A stretch of DNA of 50,465 nucleotides. Source: Catajapyx aquilonaris. Lineage: Eukaryota. This document shows positions 24,641-36,735 of the stretch, piece after piece; position 1 is the first letter of the stretch, and each line of letters starts with the position of its first letter. Below the pieces are notes generated by a model that had not been told where the DNA came from, did not search any database, and saw only the letters and a list, made by a program, of their open reading frames with translations. The stretch spans positions 1-50,465 of the forward strand of contig KZ538818.1 in the NCBI GenBank assembly GCA_000934665.2. The letters are read 5' to 3'. The position numbers and the translations under genes were made by a program.

Positions 24641-25997
24641 ACAAAAATAAAATTAACGGAACAAAAATAAATTTTCAGGAACAAATTTTTTTGAAATGTC
24701 AATGAAATGAAATCATAATTCGATAAAAATGGTAATAAACGAAAACGGTTAATTAATAAAATAAAATTTTAATTAGATAAACAACACAAAAAAATCAAAA
24801 TATTTTAAATGTCAATTGCGACGCATTACTTCCATTTTTCTATTTAAAATAAATGGTCCCTTTTACTTTTCTGATTTCATACCCGTTTGAAGCCCATTAT
24901 CATATCGATGCCAGGGTTGCCAGATCGATGTCCAACCGCAGCACAGTTTGCAAAGCGAATCATCCTCCGATTCATCTGGCTACCATTGTTAAGCACAGAA
25001 GCGAGGCTTGGAAATAGAGCAAATTCATTCCATTCCTGTCAGGTACAACGGTCTCTGCTCCCTTGAGCCCCNCCCCCCCCCCCTCCCCTCGCTCAGAAAA
25101 AGGGGGGACTATAGATAGACCGCCTATAGTCCTCCTTCCCCGCTAGACTTCTAGAGCATTGTGGGAAAAAGGAATGGAAATGGAAAGCGAGCTCCTTTTA
25201 AGCGGAGGAAAAAACGACGCCTTGTATTTCCTCCAAGGTGTTTTTCTTTTTCGTTGGGCCCCCCCGAAAAAGGCGCCGAAAAGTTTGCGGTGGGAGTGAT
25301 TAATTTTTGCGGGGGGGAAGCCCGGAACTATTTCTCATTTTCGAGGAAAACTGGGCGGGGCTTAAAGAAAGAAAATGATATCGAGGCCCTAGATATAAAT
25401 TTCTTGTAAGTTTCTCGAGTGTGGAAGTTGCTAGGTGTGATAAGTGTGTGCGTTCGAACCGTTAGTAAAATACGGACGCTTACTGATTTCTTTAAAATTA
25501 AGCAATTATTAGTCACCGAGTGGTTCATAATTCGGAACTAACCACAGTGTGTTCCAAAAAAATCAGACTACTAGATTTTGACGTTCTATCAGCTTATTTA
25601 CCGCCCGTTATCGCTCCGTACAAACCACCAGTATACAGAAAACAGTTAGTTCTCGCCGAAACAGTACCTGCACCTCCATTCACGGGTATTATTTACGAAT
25701 GGCCAGTTTAGGTTATTCATACCACCCCGTTCCATGTAGGTAATGTATTGATTCTAGGACCTGGAACTGGCCTGCTTTTTGTACCAACTGACAACCCAGA
25801 TCGAAGCCCACATTTTTACCGCCAAAAAAATCTTCGGGTACAAATATTTCCTACAGATGTCGCTGACTGTAAATTTTAAACGAAACGTAGGGTCCGGTCT
25901 GGTAAGAGTTTTGAATGTATTGTAGGCGTCGAAATGTGATGAACTGTCAATAGCTTACATTGTGTGCTGGTTGCCATGCTAATGATCCATACCTAGG

Positions 25998-26890
25998 GAG
26001 TCCAGGTAGTCCAGAGGGACCATGTAGTCCGGGTAGTTATTCGGATAATTCAGAAGTCCATGGTAATTCGGGTTAGTCGCTGTAGTCCAAAAGCAGTCCA
26101 AGGTAGTTCTTATAGTCCAGAAGAAATCCAGGATAGTCCGGATAGTCCATGTAGTCCCCGTAGTTCAAGTAGTGTGTGCAATAATGATGAAATTATGGGA
26201 GTCCAGAGGGAGTCCACGCAGTCCATATAGACCTGGTAGTTCAGAGAGTTCAGAAGAAGTCCATGGAGATCGGGTATTTCAGAGAGGTCAGAAGAAGGTC
26301 AGGGTAGTCCACATAGTCCAGAAAAAGTGGAAATTAGTCCGGATAATACAAGTAGTCCCTGTAGTCCAGGTAGTACCTGCAGTCAAGATGAATTTCAGGT
26401 AGTCCAGAGGGAGTCCACGATGTCCATCGGGTAGTTCAGAAGAGTCCAGTATAATCCGCTGTAATCCAGAAGCAGTCCAAGGTACAATATAGTCCCTCTA
26501 GTTCAGGTAATGCTGTAGTCAAGAAGTTCAGATAGTCCAGAAACTGTCCAAGTTAGTCCAGAAGCTGTCCAAGTTAGTCCAGAGAGTCCAGAAGAAGTCC
26601 GAGGTAGTCCGCCCAGTCCTAGAAGTTCAGATAGTCCAGAAACTGTCCAAGGTAGTCCAGAGAGTCCAGAAGAAGTCCGAGGTAGTCCAGAGAGTCCAGA
26701 AGAAGTCCGAGGTAGTCCGCCCAGTCCTATAGAAGTTCTGATAGTCCAGAAACTGTCCAAGGTAGTCCAGAGAGTCCAGAGAGTCCAGAAGAAGTCCAAG
26801 GTAGTCCGGCCAGTCCAAGTAGTTCCTGTAGTCCAGGTGAAGTTCAGACAATGGCCCAAGAGTAGTCCGAGTAGTCCCGGTAGTACAATG
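25998..26890. repeat. AGTCC-based degenerate satellite (9-12-bp subunits, ~100-bp higher-order repeat at 26520-26810)
   Basis: GTAGTCCAG, GAAGTCC and CTGTCCA subunits; explains the repetitive ORFs at 26172-26899. Confidence 0.88.
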
Positions 26891-27600
26891 GACTAACAAG
26901 TGACAATCACTAGGGATTACACTCCTTCTCTACAGTACCGGTACCTGACCATCTACAAGTAGCTCTCGGACTACCCACATGTAGACTCCAACTAAAAGGG
27001 CAAAGGTCAATTCCTGTTCCCAAACTTTACCCCAACCAACCCTGGAGTAAGATCCCACCCCTTCAACAGGCTAAAGTACAAATTAATCCCTTCCCCATGT
27101 TTTTTTTGTGCCTTCTTGGCTCCTGCGTAATGATGATAAAGCGAGGTATGGCATGACCTCCAGCTCCATCTTGTGTAGACGCCTCTTAAGGAAAAAAAGT
27201 GAGGGGGGCACTGTGACGGCTCCCACCCTGAGGGAACGGACACTCCCACTAGGGGGAGGGAGAGACCCAATGAGAATTATTAATTCAATGAAGGCCCGCT
27301 GGGCCATCCGAGTCTGCATGCAAAGGAGTACTGGTCAGGAAAAAGGGTTAATTTGTGCCCACCTTTGGTTGGTTGGACCTCGCCTGCAATTAGCCGGACA
27401 ATGGACGGGGGAGGAGGTGAACAGTGGGGAGAAGAGGGTGGAGAAGTAGGGCAGGACTAGGAACAAAATAATTTATAATTAATGCTCATTACACGTGGCA
27501 GGGAATTGATTCGTCGTATTGACTCGGAATCAGACACAGAATGTGTCCCATAGAAGGAATTGTAGGATTAAGTTGATACGCTTCGGTTCATGTAACGATT

Positions 27601-27966
27601 CATGTACCGACTTGGAGATGGTACGTTTTGTGATCGACAAATACGGTGTACGGGGTACTGCAGATAGTATTTGACATCCAAGTCGGTCCATTTATAGGCA
27701 CATTATTGTGGCGTACAAGGGGGTAATGACTTCGGTACTCTGGTGTACACCTGGGAGTGGTACTCCCTGGTACTCCTCAGGCACCTCACTCTTTATTACT
27801 CCGTGGTACTCCTTGAATTTGGTACTCCAGTGTACACTTTTCAGTCGAGTGATTACCCCCTTGGTGGTGTACTATTTTCAAGTTAGTACATCTGTTCAAC
27901 GAGGCGGTCTACAAGTCAGTACCGTAGACGGTTGATCACAAAATACCACCTCCGAGTCGGTACGTG
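27601..27966. mobile_element. Palindromic MITE-like element H, copy 1
   Basis: Ends CATGTACCGACTTGGAGATGGTA / TACCACCTCCGAGTCGGTACGTG; GTACTCC-rich interior; termini and TSD unresolved. Confidence 0.6.
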
Positions 27967-28031
27967 AATTACGGTGTAGAGGTTGATCCTCTTGTCAGTT
28001 GGTACTACTATCGGTTGGTCCTACAGTGTAC

Positions 28032-28250
28032 CATGTACCGACTTGGAGATGGTATTTTGTGATCAACAAATACCGTCTACGGTACTGACTTGTAGACAGC
28101 TCCGTTGTTCAGATGACTGTACTGACTTGAAAATAGTACATCGTGATGCCGTTTTCAAGTCAGTACATCTGAACGATGAGCTGTCTACAAGTCAGTACAG
28201 CAAAGATGGTACTTGTTGATCACAAAATACCACCTCCGGAATCGGTACAT
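28032..28250. mobile_element. Palindromic MITE-like element H, copy 2
   Basis: ~105-bp arms around an ~10-bp spacer; same ends as copy 1. Confidence 0.7.
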
Positions 28251-29967
28251 AAAGAACAGTGTACGTTCAGTTGATCACAGTTGATTCTATTATCTTTTCA
28301 TAGATTTCCACAAAATTCTTGATCAATTTTATGCTGATCTGATCTTCACCATGATCTGGATCAGCTGATCCTTCAGAGTTCAACCCTTGTGACCCCACTG
28401 CCGGTTGTGTGCCCTTTTTTCTGTGATTCTGCTTGTCCAACCCGCAAAAGTAGACATCAAAGAAAAGTGTCCCCCTCTCTCTACTGACGGGACATAAAAG
28501 AAGGCCTTTTTGGAATTGAGAACCCGGGACAATAATCCCCCGCGGCGTGTAATGGATTTGTCTACATTACATTCGGTACACAAAGGCATTGGACAGGGAA
28601 CGAGGGAAGGATTTGTTTTTCCGGACCGATGAAAATTGCGCGGATCGATGGACACGGGACGAAAAAGCTTCAAACGACACTTAGACAATTTTCGAAAAAA
28701 AAAATTATAGCTGAAAGTAAATATGGTACAAATTGTGCAGGTAACATGCAAAATTTGCATAATGAAAATTTGTATATGATTTTTGGCAGAAAATATGTAA
28801 AAAAAGGGAAGACGCCAATTTTGCAAAAAATTGCAAAATTGATATAAAAGGAAATTTCCACGACTTTTCAGAAATCATAGAAAATAGAATTTTGCACAAA
28901 TCAAAATGGCAAAATTAAAATTTGCACCAGCAAAATTTTCAGAATTAGTATTTACTTGATATGAATGTTGCAGCAATTAATTTGCACAAATGAAATTAGC
29001 AAACATGAATTAGGCGGATTTCTTGCGGAATTGAAATTAAATCTGCAGATACAGAATTTGTAAAAAATCACAATAATTTTACAAAAATATTAGCAATAAA
29101 TTGTGCAGTAAAAATTAGCGAAATATGAATATTGGGCAAAATAAATTCTCAAAAGTAAAAAAATATATATATCGGTAAATCAAATCTGCAAAATATTGGC
29201 ACATAATATTCAGAAATTAAAGTCGTAATGGATTATTGTTGCAGAAATTAAACAACTCCACAATTAAGCAATTAAATTAAACGAATTAATTTAAGTTAAA
29301 TTTAAAATTAATTTAATTAAACTCGAAATTGAACAATTCTGCAACATTACGTATAAATCGCAAGATATTCGCATACGTGGCGAAGATGCACAAATTCCAA
29401 AATATTTGCAAGAAATATTAGCGAGAATATTTTCACTTGTCCCTAAATAAGTGTTTAAAAAGTCACCGCCCTGTTACACAACCTATAGCTCGTTAAAAAA
29501 AATTCCCCTTCTTCAACAATACCAAGCCAAAAATGCATACCTTATTAACAAAGTATCACGCACAGACACAAAAAAAAACGCATCTCTTTGTTCAGCTTGC
29601 AAAAATCCTCCCCCCGAGCAAACATCAATCGCTATTTGAGCCTTTCCCTCCTCTGTATTTAAAACTCTAGGAGTTGGGAACCCAGACAGATGGTTTTGCA
29701 ATTGATTCATAGCTCTCTCTCCTTTTTTGGCACGTAATTTGCGAAATGGAATGGAATCTGAGGCGGTAACATCAAAGGATCCTCCCCCCCCAGCTAAACT
29801 TTTTTTTTGCGAAACTGATACACTGAGTGCTATTTTTTCCGTACGAATTCAGCTAGGAAACAACGTGACAGTTTCCCTTTTTTGGGGGGATTTTGTGCGA
29901 ATTTTTTTGCGATTTGTTTGGGTTGAATAAGGTGGTATTGTATTTGGGGTGCCGCCATTTTGTCGGT

Positions 29968-30288
29968 GTGACGTGTCCACTACGGATTAGCCAAGGGTTA
30001 TGACGTGTCCGGTTGCGATAGGCTCAGGTGATGTGACGTGGCTGACTATGATTGGTCCAAGGTTGTGACGTGGCTGACTATGATTGGTCCAAGGTTGTGA
30101 CGTGGCTGACTATGATTGGTCCAAGGTTGTGACGTGGCTAACTATGATTGGTCCAAGAGTGTGACGTGGCTAACTATGATTGGTCCAAGAGTGAGACATG
30201 GCTGACTATGATTGGTCCTAGATTATGACGTGGCTGACTATGATTGGTCCAAGGTTGTGACGTGTCCTATTCTGATTGGTAAACTGAC
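29968..30288 (-). repeat. 32-bp minisatellite, unit GTGACGTGGCTGACTATGATTGGTCCAAGGTT; minus strand reads CCAAT-N9-CCACG
   Basis: Ten units start at 29968, 30000, 30033, 30065, 30097, 30129, 30161, 30193, 30225, 30257; six carry exact CGTGG-N9-ATTGG. Confidence 0.93.
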
Positions 30289-30804
30289 TAATCGTGCGAC
30301 AATATGGCGGCAGAGCGACAAAATGGTCGCCAAACACGCGTACACACCTAAAATTCATAACTTCAACACTTTACCTGCTGTTTATGACCCTTTTTTTTCT
30401 TGAACCGACAACATTTGAACTCTGATGACATTTTCTGTCGCGTCTTGTACGAAAAGGCGGGGGGAGGGGAAGTAATTAGCAATTTTACCTTTGACGCCAG
30501 GTGCCTATTTCTCACTTCATTATCCATCTGACGTTCCTAAAAGGTCTTTCACAGATGATTATCTTGTAAAAGGGACGGGAGGAGAGTGGTGGAGGAGAAG
30601 TAGGGCATAAGAAGGGAAGGGAAAAAAAGTTGACGTGGAAAAGATTCTTCATTCACTTTTTTGGAGAGAAAATATGGGAATTAAGATTTTTTGAGAAGAT
30701 TATGGGGCTAAGCGGGGTTCAACTTAGAGATTACTTGACCTTGAATAGTTATTAAGAACAGGATGAATTTGGACCTAGGACCAAGCTTTGCATAATTATT
30801 TAGG

Positions 30805-31230
30805 ATAAATAGTTTCATCCTTTGTTCCATTGATCGTTTGTTCATGTATAATCGGGATTTTCGTCAGCACATATGGGTCCGTGTAGGTTTCCTGTAGGCA
30901 TAATTTAGGTTGAATAGTTTGATCGTTAATTCGTTTGACCGTTTGTCGTTTGATCGTTTGTTCGTGTATGATTAGGATTTTTGTCAGCCTTGTCCTTGTC
31001 GGGTCCCCTTTGGTTTCCTATATAGCCATAATATAAATAGTTTGATCGTCGGATCGTTTGTCGTTTGCTCACATGTTCGTGAATCATTCGGATTTTCGTC
31101 AGCCTATCGGTCTTTGTAGGTTTCCTGTAAGCTTAACTTAGGTAAAATAGTTTGATCGTTTGTTCGACTGATCGTTTGTTCGTTTGATAGTTTGATCGTG
31201 TATCAGTAGTGCTTTCGTCAGCTTATGGAT
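30805..31230. repeat. Degenerate ~110-120-bp repeat, AATAGTTTGATCGTTTGTTCG...TTTCGTCAGC...GGTTTCCT, ~4 copies
   Basis: The same block order recurs four times. Confidence 0.8.
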
Positions 31231-32022
31231 CCTTGCAGGTTTTCTTCACCCATCATCGTGATTCGTGAACCCTAACCGTCCTAGCCAACAACGACAACGA
31301 CGAACGACACCGTGTGAACCCTCCCTGATCCTATACAAACCATCCAGATATGTCCAGAAAATGCCTCCAAACCCTGCTAGTTCTCCCCATAAAATATGAA
31401 CGTCCCTAGTTTATGTATCATCCTTTTGCTGGGTAAAACGTATACCCAAGCCTAGGCCATGCATAATTCCCGTCTTCTGTCATGCACGTTTGGCAACGAC
31501 AACAAACGGACCTGTCAGACGGAAAGCCCTATTCCCCCCACTCTAAAAGTTGAGTGACCCTTCAAAAATTTAAATACACCTGACTTATGTCACGTTGACG
31601 ACGCCCCCCCNCCCCCACACACACCATTAGGAGGACATTGCTTTTGGGCAAAACCACCCCCACAGGCCGGTAATGAATATGTCCTCTCCCTGTAACACGG
31701 GGGCCTCGAAAACGCGAACGCAATAATGAGTCGTGTTATCCACTTATTAGTGTCATTTGATGCCCAAATTAATTCGTGTAATGCGGCCTTTAACGTGGCA
31801 GCTCTTTGCGATGACTTTTACGTGAATGGGATTGGGTGGCAGGGAACGACACAAAAAATAAATAAACAGAAGGTTAAGGATTTGAACTAGGGTTAGGTTA
31901 CAAGTTGATTACAGAGAGTAGGACATTGATCAATATTGATAATATGAAGTTAATGACGATGGTGTTTTAAGGTCGTTAAGAAGGTGGACAGGGTTGGGTT
32001 TGAAGTAAATTATTCATCGCAA

Positions 32023-32414
32023 TCACTGATTATTTTACTCACTATCCCTTATGAATTTACTCTCTGTCACTGATTATTTTCCTTAGCATCACTCATTATT
32101 TGATTCTGTATCACTGATTTTATTCGCCGTCACTGATTATTTTCCTTCTGCATCACTGACTTCCCTCACCGTAACTGATGATTTTTTCGCCACCACTGAT
32201 AATTATTTTACTCACTATCACTGATGATTTTACTCGCCGTCACTGATGATTTTACTCTCCGTCACTGATGATTTTACTCGCCGTCACTGATGATTTTACT
32301 CGCCGTCACTGATGATTTTACTCTCCGTCACTGATGATTTTACTCGCCGTCACTGATGATTTTACTCGCCGTCACTGATGATTTTACTCACTATCACTGA
32401 TGATTTTACTCGCC
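32023..32414. repeat. 22-bp minisatellite, unit TCACTGATGATTTTACTCGCCG
   Basis: About nine clean copies at 32218-32414, diverged copies upstream. Confidence 0.92.
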
Positions 32415-33377
32415 AATCTGGCAAATTTTGTTCCCTTATCTGATAAATGGATTTCACAACTCCAACCATTTTTACTCACCATTCCTACAAATTTTATTCG
32501 TCGCTCTAAATAATTTCATTCACACAGCTCCCTCCCATGATATATTGAAGCAAAGCAAGAGTGACAGGCAGTTCATGCCGCATTACCGTCCTCGTCGTTT
32601 CCGTCCCCACCGTTCCCAACGGTGGAAAAAAACGCACCTGCATGAATATCCAAGCGAGATGTCACACTTTTTTTTCCTGTGTAGGTATATCGTGTGTGTG
32701 TTTCTCTCTACCATGATTAACACGCACGACACGTGGAAAAACATGCAGATAACTCTAGTTTGATCAAAAGTCCAACTCATCAGCTTTCTCCTGCCCTTGG
32801 TTGGACGGTTTCCATCAAAAACCACTTATTGGTTGGCAACTTTGGGGTCACGAATTCTGCGGTTGGCAAACTTGGAGGCCACCTCAAAACCACACGCATG
32901 CCTAACTTACCCTCTGACATCTACCCCTTAATAGCACTCTAGCCTCGCTTGGAATTATATAGTATTGGTTTGGTTGAGGTAAAACTTTAGCCTTTGAGCT
33001 GGTCGTAATTAAACAGCCGGTTATTAAAGAGCGGCCCTCCGTTAATTTTCTATCAGCCCCAATATTTTTTGCTTAAAAATGGCGGCGTTTTTTTCTGTAC
33101 GGTGACTTTGAGCAACAAAGCCTGTGGGATGAAGGAGGGTGTTTTCTTGCCATGGAACAGGACTGGTTGTCCTGAGCCTAGTTGGCACCACGATTAAAAG
33201 CGAAATCCCACTGACAGGTTGGTGTGCCTGGGATTACAAGAGAGGTTGTTCGAAATTTGATTTATGGCAAAGGGTCTGGTAGAGACTGGAGATCGTGGGC
33301 CAATCAGGAGGTGGATGGGACAACAGCAAAGTTTTGTTATCAGATTGCCCGTGACAATCACCATGGCTTTCAGTGTC

Positions 33378-33943
33378 ACCTTACCTAACCATAACCTAAC
33401 CCTCACCTGACCCACCCAATCGAGTCACTCGGTGTTGCCTAACCTTTGCGTGTCACGATAATTAACGTCTAAGTGGCGAGTGTCAAGAGACCTAACCTAA
33501 CTCTCACATAACTCTAATCTAACCCTCAACTAACCCTTACATAACCTAACTGTTTTTCCTAACCTTTACTACCCCTTACCTAACTGTCTTTTCCTAACTA
33601 TTACTACACCTTACTTAACCATTTCTACACCCTCATCTAACCTAACCCTTACCTAACCCTTCCGAACCCTTACCTAACCCTTACTTAACCATTCCTACAC
33701 TCTCATCGAACCGAAGCCTCACCTCACGCTAACCTAGCCCTACCAAACCCTCTCTGAGCCCTTCTTAACCCTCACTGAGTCTTTCTTAATCAACACTTAG
33801 CCCTTCCTAACCCTCTCTGAGCCCTTCCTAAACCTCACTTAGCCCTTCCTAACCCTCACCTTACCCACCAACTAGAGTCACCCGGTGTTGCCCAACCTCT
33901 GCGTGTCGCGATAATTCACGTCCAAGTGCCGAGTGTCAAGAGA
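33378..33943. repeat. CCTAAC/CCTTAC-rich degenerate tract bracketed by a ~96-bp direct repeat
   Basis: Copies at 33395-33490 and 33848-33943 (GAGTCAC.CGGTGTTGCC.AACCT.TGCGTGTC.CGATAATT...GAGTGTCAAGAGA). Confidence 0.85.
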
Positions 33944-34366
33944 GGGAAGCACTTGACCTAATTGAAGCCTGAGAGGGCGAGTCTCATACGCAGGCCACCC
34001 GGAAAGATTATGCTAATAAGAGCNNNNCCCCCCCCCTGTAGATATATATACTATACATGAAGTGTCAGGAGGAGGCAGGTGGCGCCACTAGTTTGCCTTT
34101 CCACTTGGGTAGCCCACCCAGTTCTCCAGGCGCCCCTCTAGTATAGACGTTTACCAAATGAGGGATTCCAGCAGCTGTCTGCCGTCAGGGAGACAAAGGA
34201 CCTTCCTAATGGATGACATCTGATTAGGTCGAGCTCAGGGACTTTAATAGCGTTCTGCATAATCCAATTTCAAATTAGCGGAGACAAAAGTTAGTCCGCT
34301 CTCCGGGGCCAACGATTTGATCTTGCGCGGGGCCCAAACTTAATTGTTGGATCTGCCCACCCATGG

Positions 34367-35064
34367 CTGGGCGCCATTGTCACGGACCCTCATTTTTCCA
34401 AGAAAATTTTTCGCCCAAGTCGCTCTGGAGCGCCTCGCTAGTAAAACTCTCTCTACTGGAAGTTATTTTTTAAAATCATAAAGAGCGAGCTAATTATCGA
34501 GTTTTTTAAACTAGCTTCTATAGCGATTATGTTGATAAACTCGCTTCGCATCTAACGTGCTCCACTGATCTGGCGATGGTTCTTACAAAATGTGATCGTT
34601 ACATACTGCCCACGCTGAGCACCATTGTCATTGTTCTAAGAAAAAATTTTGCTCCTCAGGCTCTTACATCGCTGCATGTCTTGTGATATAGTTCCTCGCC
34701 TACTACTGCAAGTTAATTTTTTATAGTAAAATTAGAATGAGCGAGCTAATTGTCGCGTTCTTATAAACGTGACCGTTACATACTGCCCACTCACATTGGG
34801 CGCCATTGTCACGGCCCTTTATATTTTTAAGAAAAAATCTCGCTCCCTCAGGATCTTACATCGGTGAAGATCTTGCGATATCGCTCCTCTCATTGAACAC
34901 GGAATTTAATTTTTTAAATTGTAAAGTTAAGGAGCGAGCTAATTGTCGCGTTTTTCACACTCGCTCTTAGCGATTGCGGTTGTTGATAAACTCGCTTCGG
35001 TTCTAACTTGCTCCACTGATCGAGCGATCTTGGGTTCTTACAAACGTGATCGTTACATACTCCC
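34367..35064. repeat. Three diverged tandem copies of a 180-270-bp unit
   Basis: Blocks CCATTGTCA, GAGCGAGCTAATT and CGTTACATACT recur three times in order. Confidence 0.85.
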
Positions 35065-36265
35065 CTCTTGGTCCCCCCTGATTAATTAACAATTAGAGAG
35101 TATGGGAGGGAGGGGGGTTACAAAAGCGGGCTCTCTAAAAATCGCTTTTGATCTTGACTAGCGGTGGAAATGATAAGCTGATTCAGTTTCAGTCGTATCA
35201 TTCATCCGCTAATTACCCCCCATAATAAACAGGGGGGGTAGCAAAAGTACAATTTTTAGAGAGCGGGGATTCCCAACGGACTAATTGGGGATCGGGGAAT
35301 CATTTTGGGGGGGATAGTAGTGACCCCTTTTAAACTAGGGGGTCCCAAATCAGATTTTTAGGCCTGTCCCACCAGGGAGGTCATATCTGTTTAAAAAATA
35401 GAGGGTACAAAAATCAGTACTGGTTGTCAACCCAAGGGTTAGTCACTTCACCACTGTTCCCATGGCAAATTTGCATAACAGTTGCCTTGACCTGCTTTTG
35501 ACATGTCCCTAGCGAGCTTGAATCACCCTGTAGAATTCAGGACCTCTAGAGACCAGTAACTGTATGTCACATTGTGTTGCAGCAAATTAGGCCATTAGGT
35601 ATGTCCAGTAGAGTCTAGGAAAAGTCCCCGCTTCTTCAAAAGCACGCTGACACTTCTCGCAGCGATTACACGGCTATCGTTAGTATGCCATTCAATTCCG
35701 CGTCGTCCCTTCGTTAGCATACAGAACGGCCTCCTTATTGGCGTGTATCTGCCTAGGATTAAGGGCAGCTTCCGATTGGGTCCGTCTTGTCAAAAGATGG
35801 GAGCTGACTTCATTTGGGCAAAGTTGAATCTCCAGCTATATTCTCGAAGCGAGAGATTTCCCAGCTAGCGATTTCTCTCTTCTCAGATGGGGGTTAAGCC
35901 CCTGCTCTGTCTCCGGCAGATTAAACCGTAATCTATTTGCCAATGTTTACTTCTTGCAAGTTTGAACCTCCCCCCTTCCCATCCTCTTCCTTCGAAATGG
36001 ATTTGCAGAAGAGGTGAACGCTGACTAATTGGTTAGGAAATCCTAGCAGAGCAGCTACCTATTGTCTGCGCCTCGCGGGAGCTGCATTGTGTCAATAGCT
36101 AGATTCGAGCTGACACGGATGTAAGGGTATGTTTATAACCGGAAGGAAACTAGAGGATTCAAAAGGAGGATCAACATTCTATGGTTATGTTTTAAGGTGG
36201 AAATCCAGAGTGTTTCCTAGATATAATCGAACCGCCTATGGAGTTATAGTCGTAAAATATCCATT

Positions 36266-36735
36266 GTAAGGAATAATCCTCGTAAGGAATGATCCTCGTA
36301 AGGAATGATCCTCGTAAGGAATGATCCTCGTAAGGAATGATCCTCGTAAGGAATGATCCTCGTAAGGAATGATCCTCGTAAGGAACGATTCGTGTTAGGG
36401 ATGATCCTCGTAAGGTACAATCCTCATAAGGAATGATTCTTATAAGGTATGATCCTCGTAAAAATTCTCGTAAGGTACAATTCTCGTAAGGAATGATCCT
36501 CGTAAGGTACAATTCTCGTAAGGAATGATCCTCGTAAGGTACAATTTTCGCAAGGAATGATCCTCGTAAGGTACAATTCTCGTAAGGAATGATCCTCGTA
36601 AGGTACAATTCTCGTAAGGAATGACCCTCGTAAGGTACAATTCTCGTAAGGAATGATACTCGTAAGGTACGATCATCGTAAGGAGCGATTCCCGTAAGTT
36701 ATGATCCTAGTAAGGAACTATCCTAGTAAGGAAAG
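36266..36735. repeat. 16-bp minisatellite (AAGGAATGATCCTCGT) turning into a 32-bp dimer with AAGGTACAATTCTCGT, ~28 units
   Basis: Read directly; explains ORFs 36192-36676. Confidence 0.93.

Noticed and set aside
25100..25137. Short hairpins (GGGGGACTATAG/CTATAGTCCTCC; also 6273-6315 and 31411-31466) as pre-miRNAs
   Set aside because: Stems are too short or too interrupted and match no miRNA I recognise.
33490..33850. True interstitial telomere
   Set aside because: No sustained perfect (CCTAA)n run; the tract is highly degenerate.
35525..35534. ACCCTGTAGA resembling the miR-10 5' end
   Set aside because: Only 10 nt match and no precursor hairpin; better read as an orphan CACCCTGTA MITE end.
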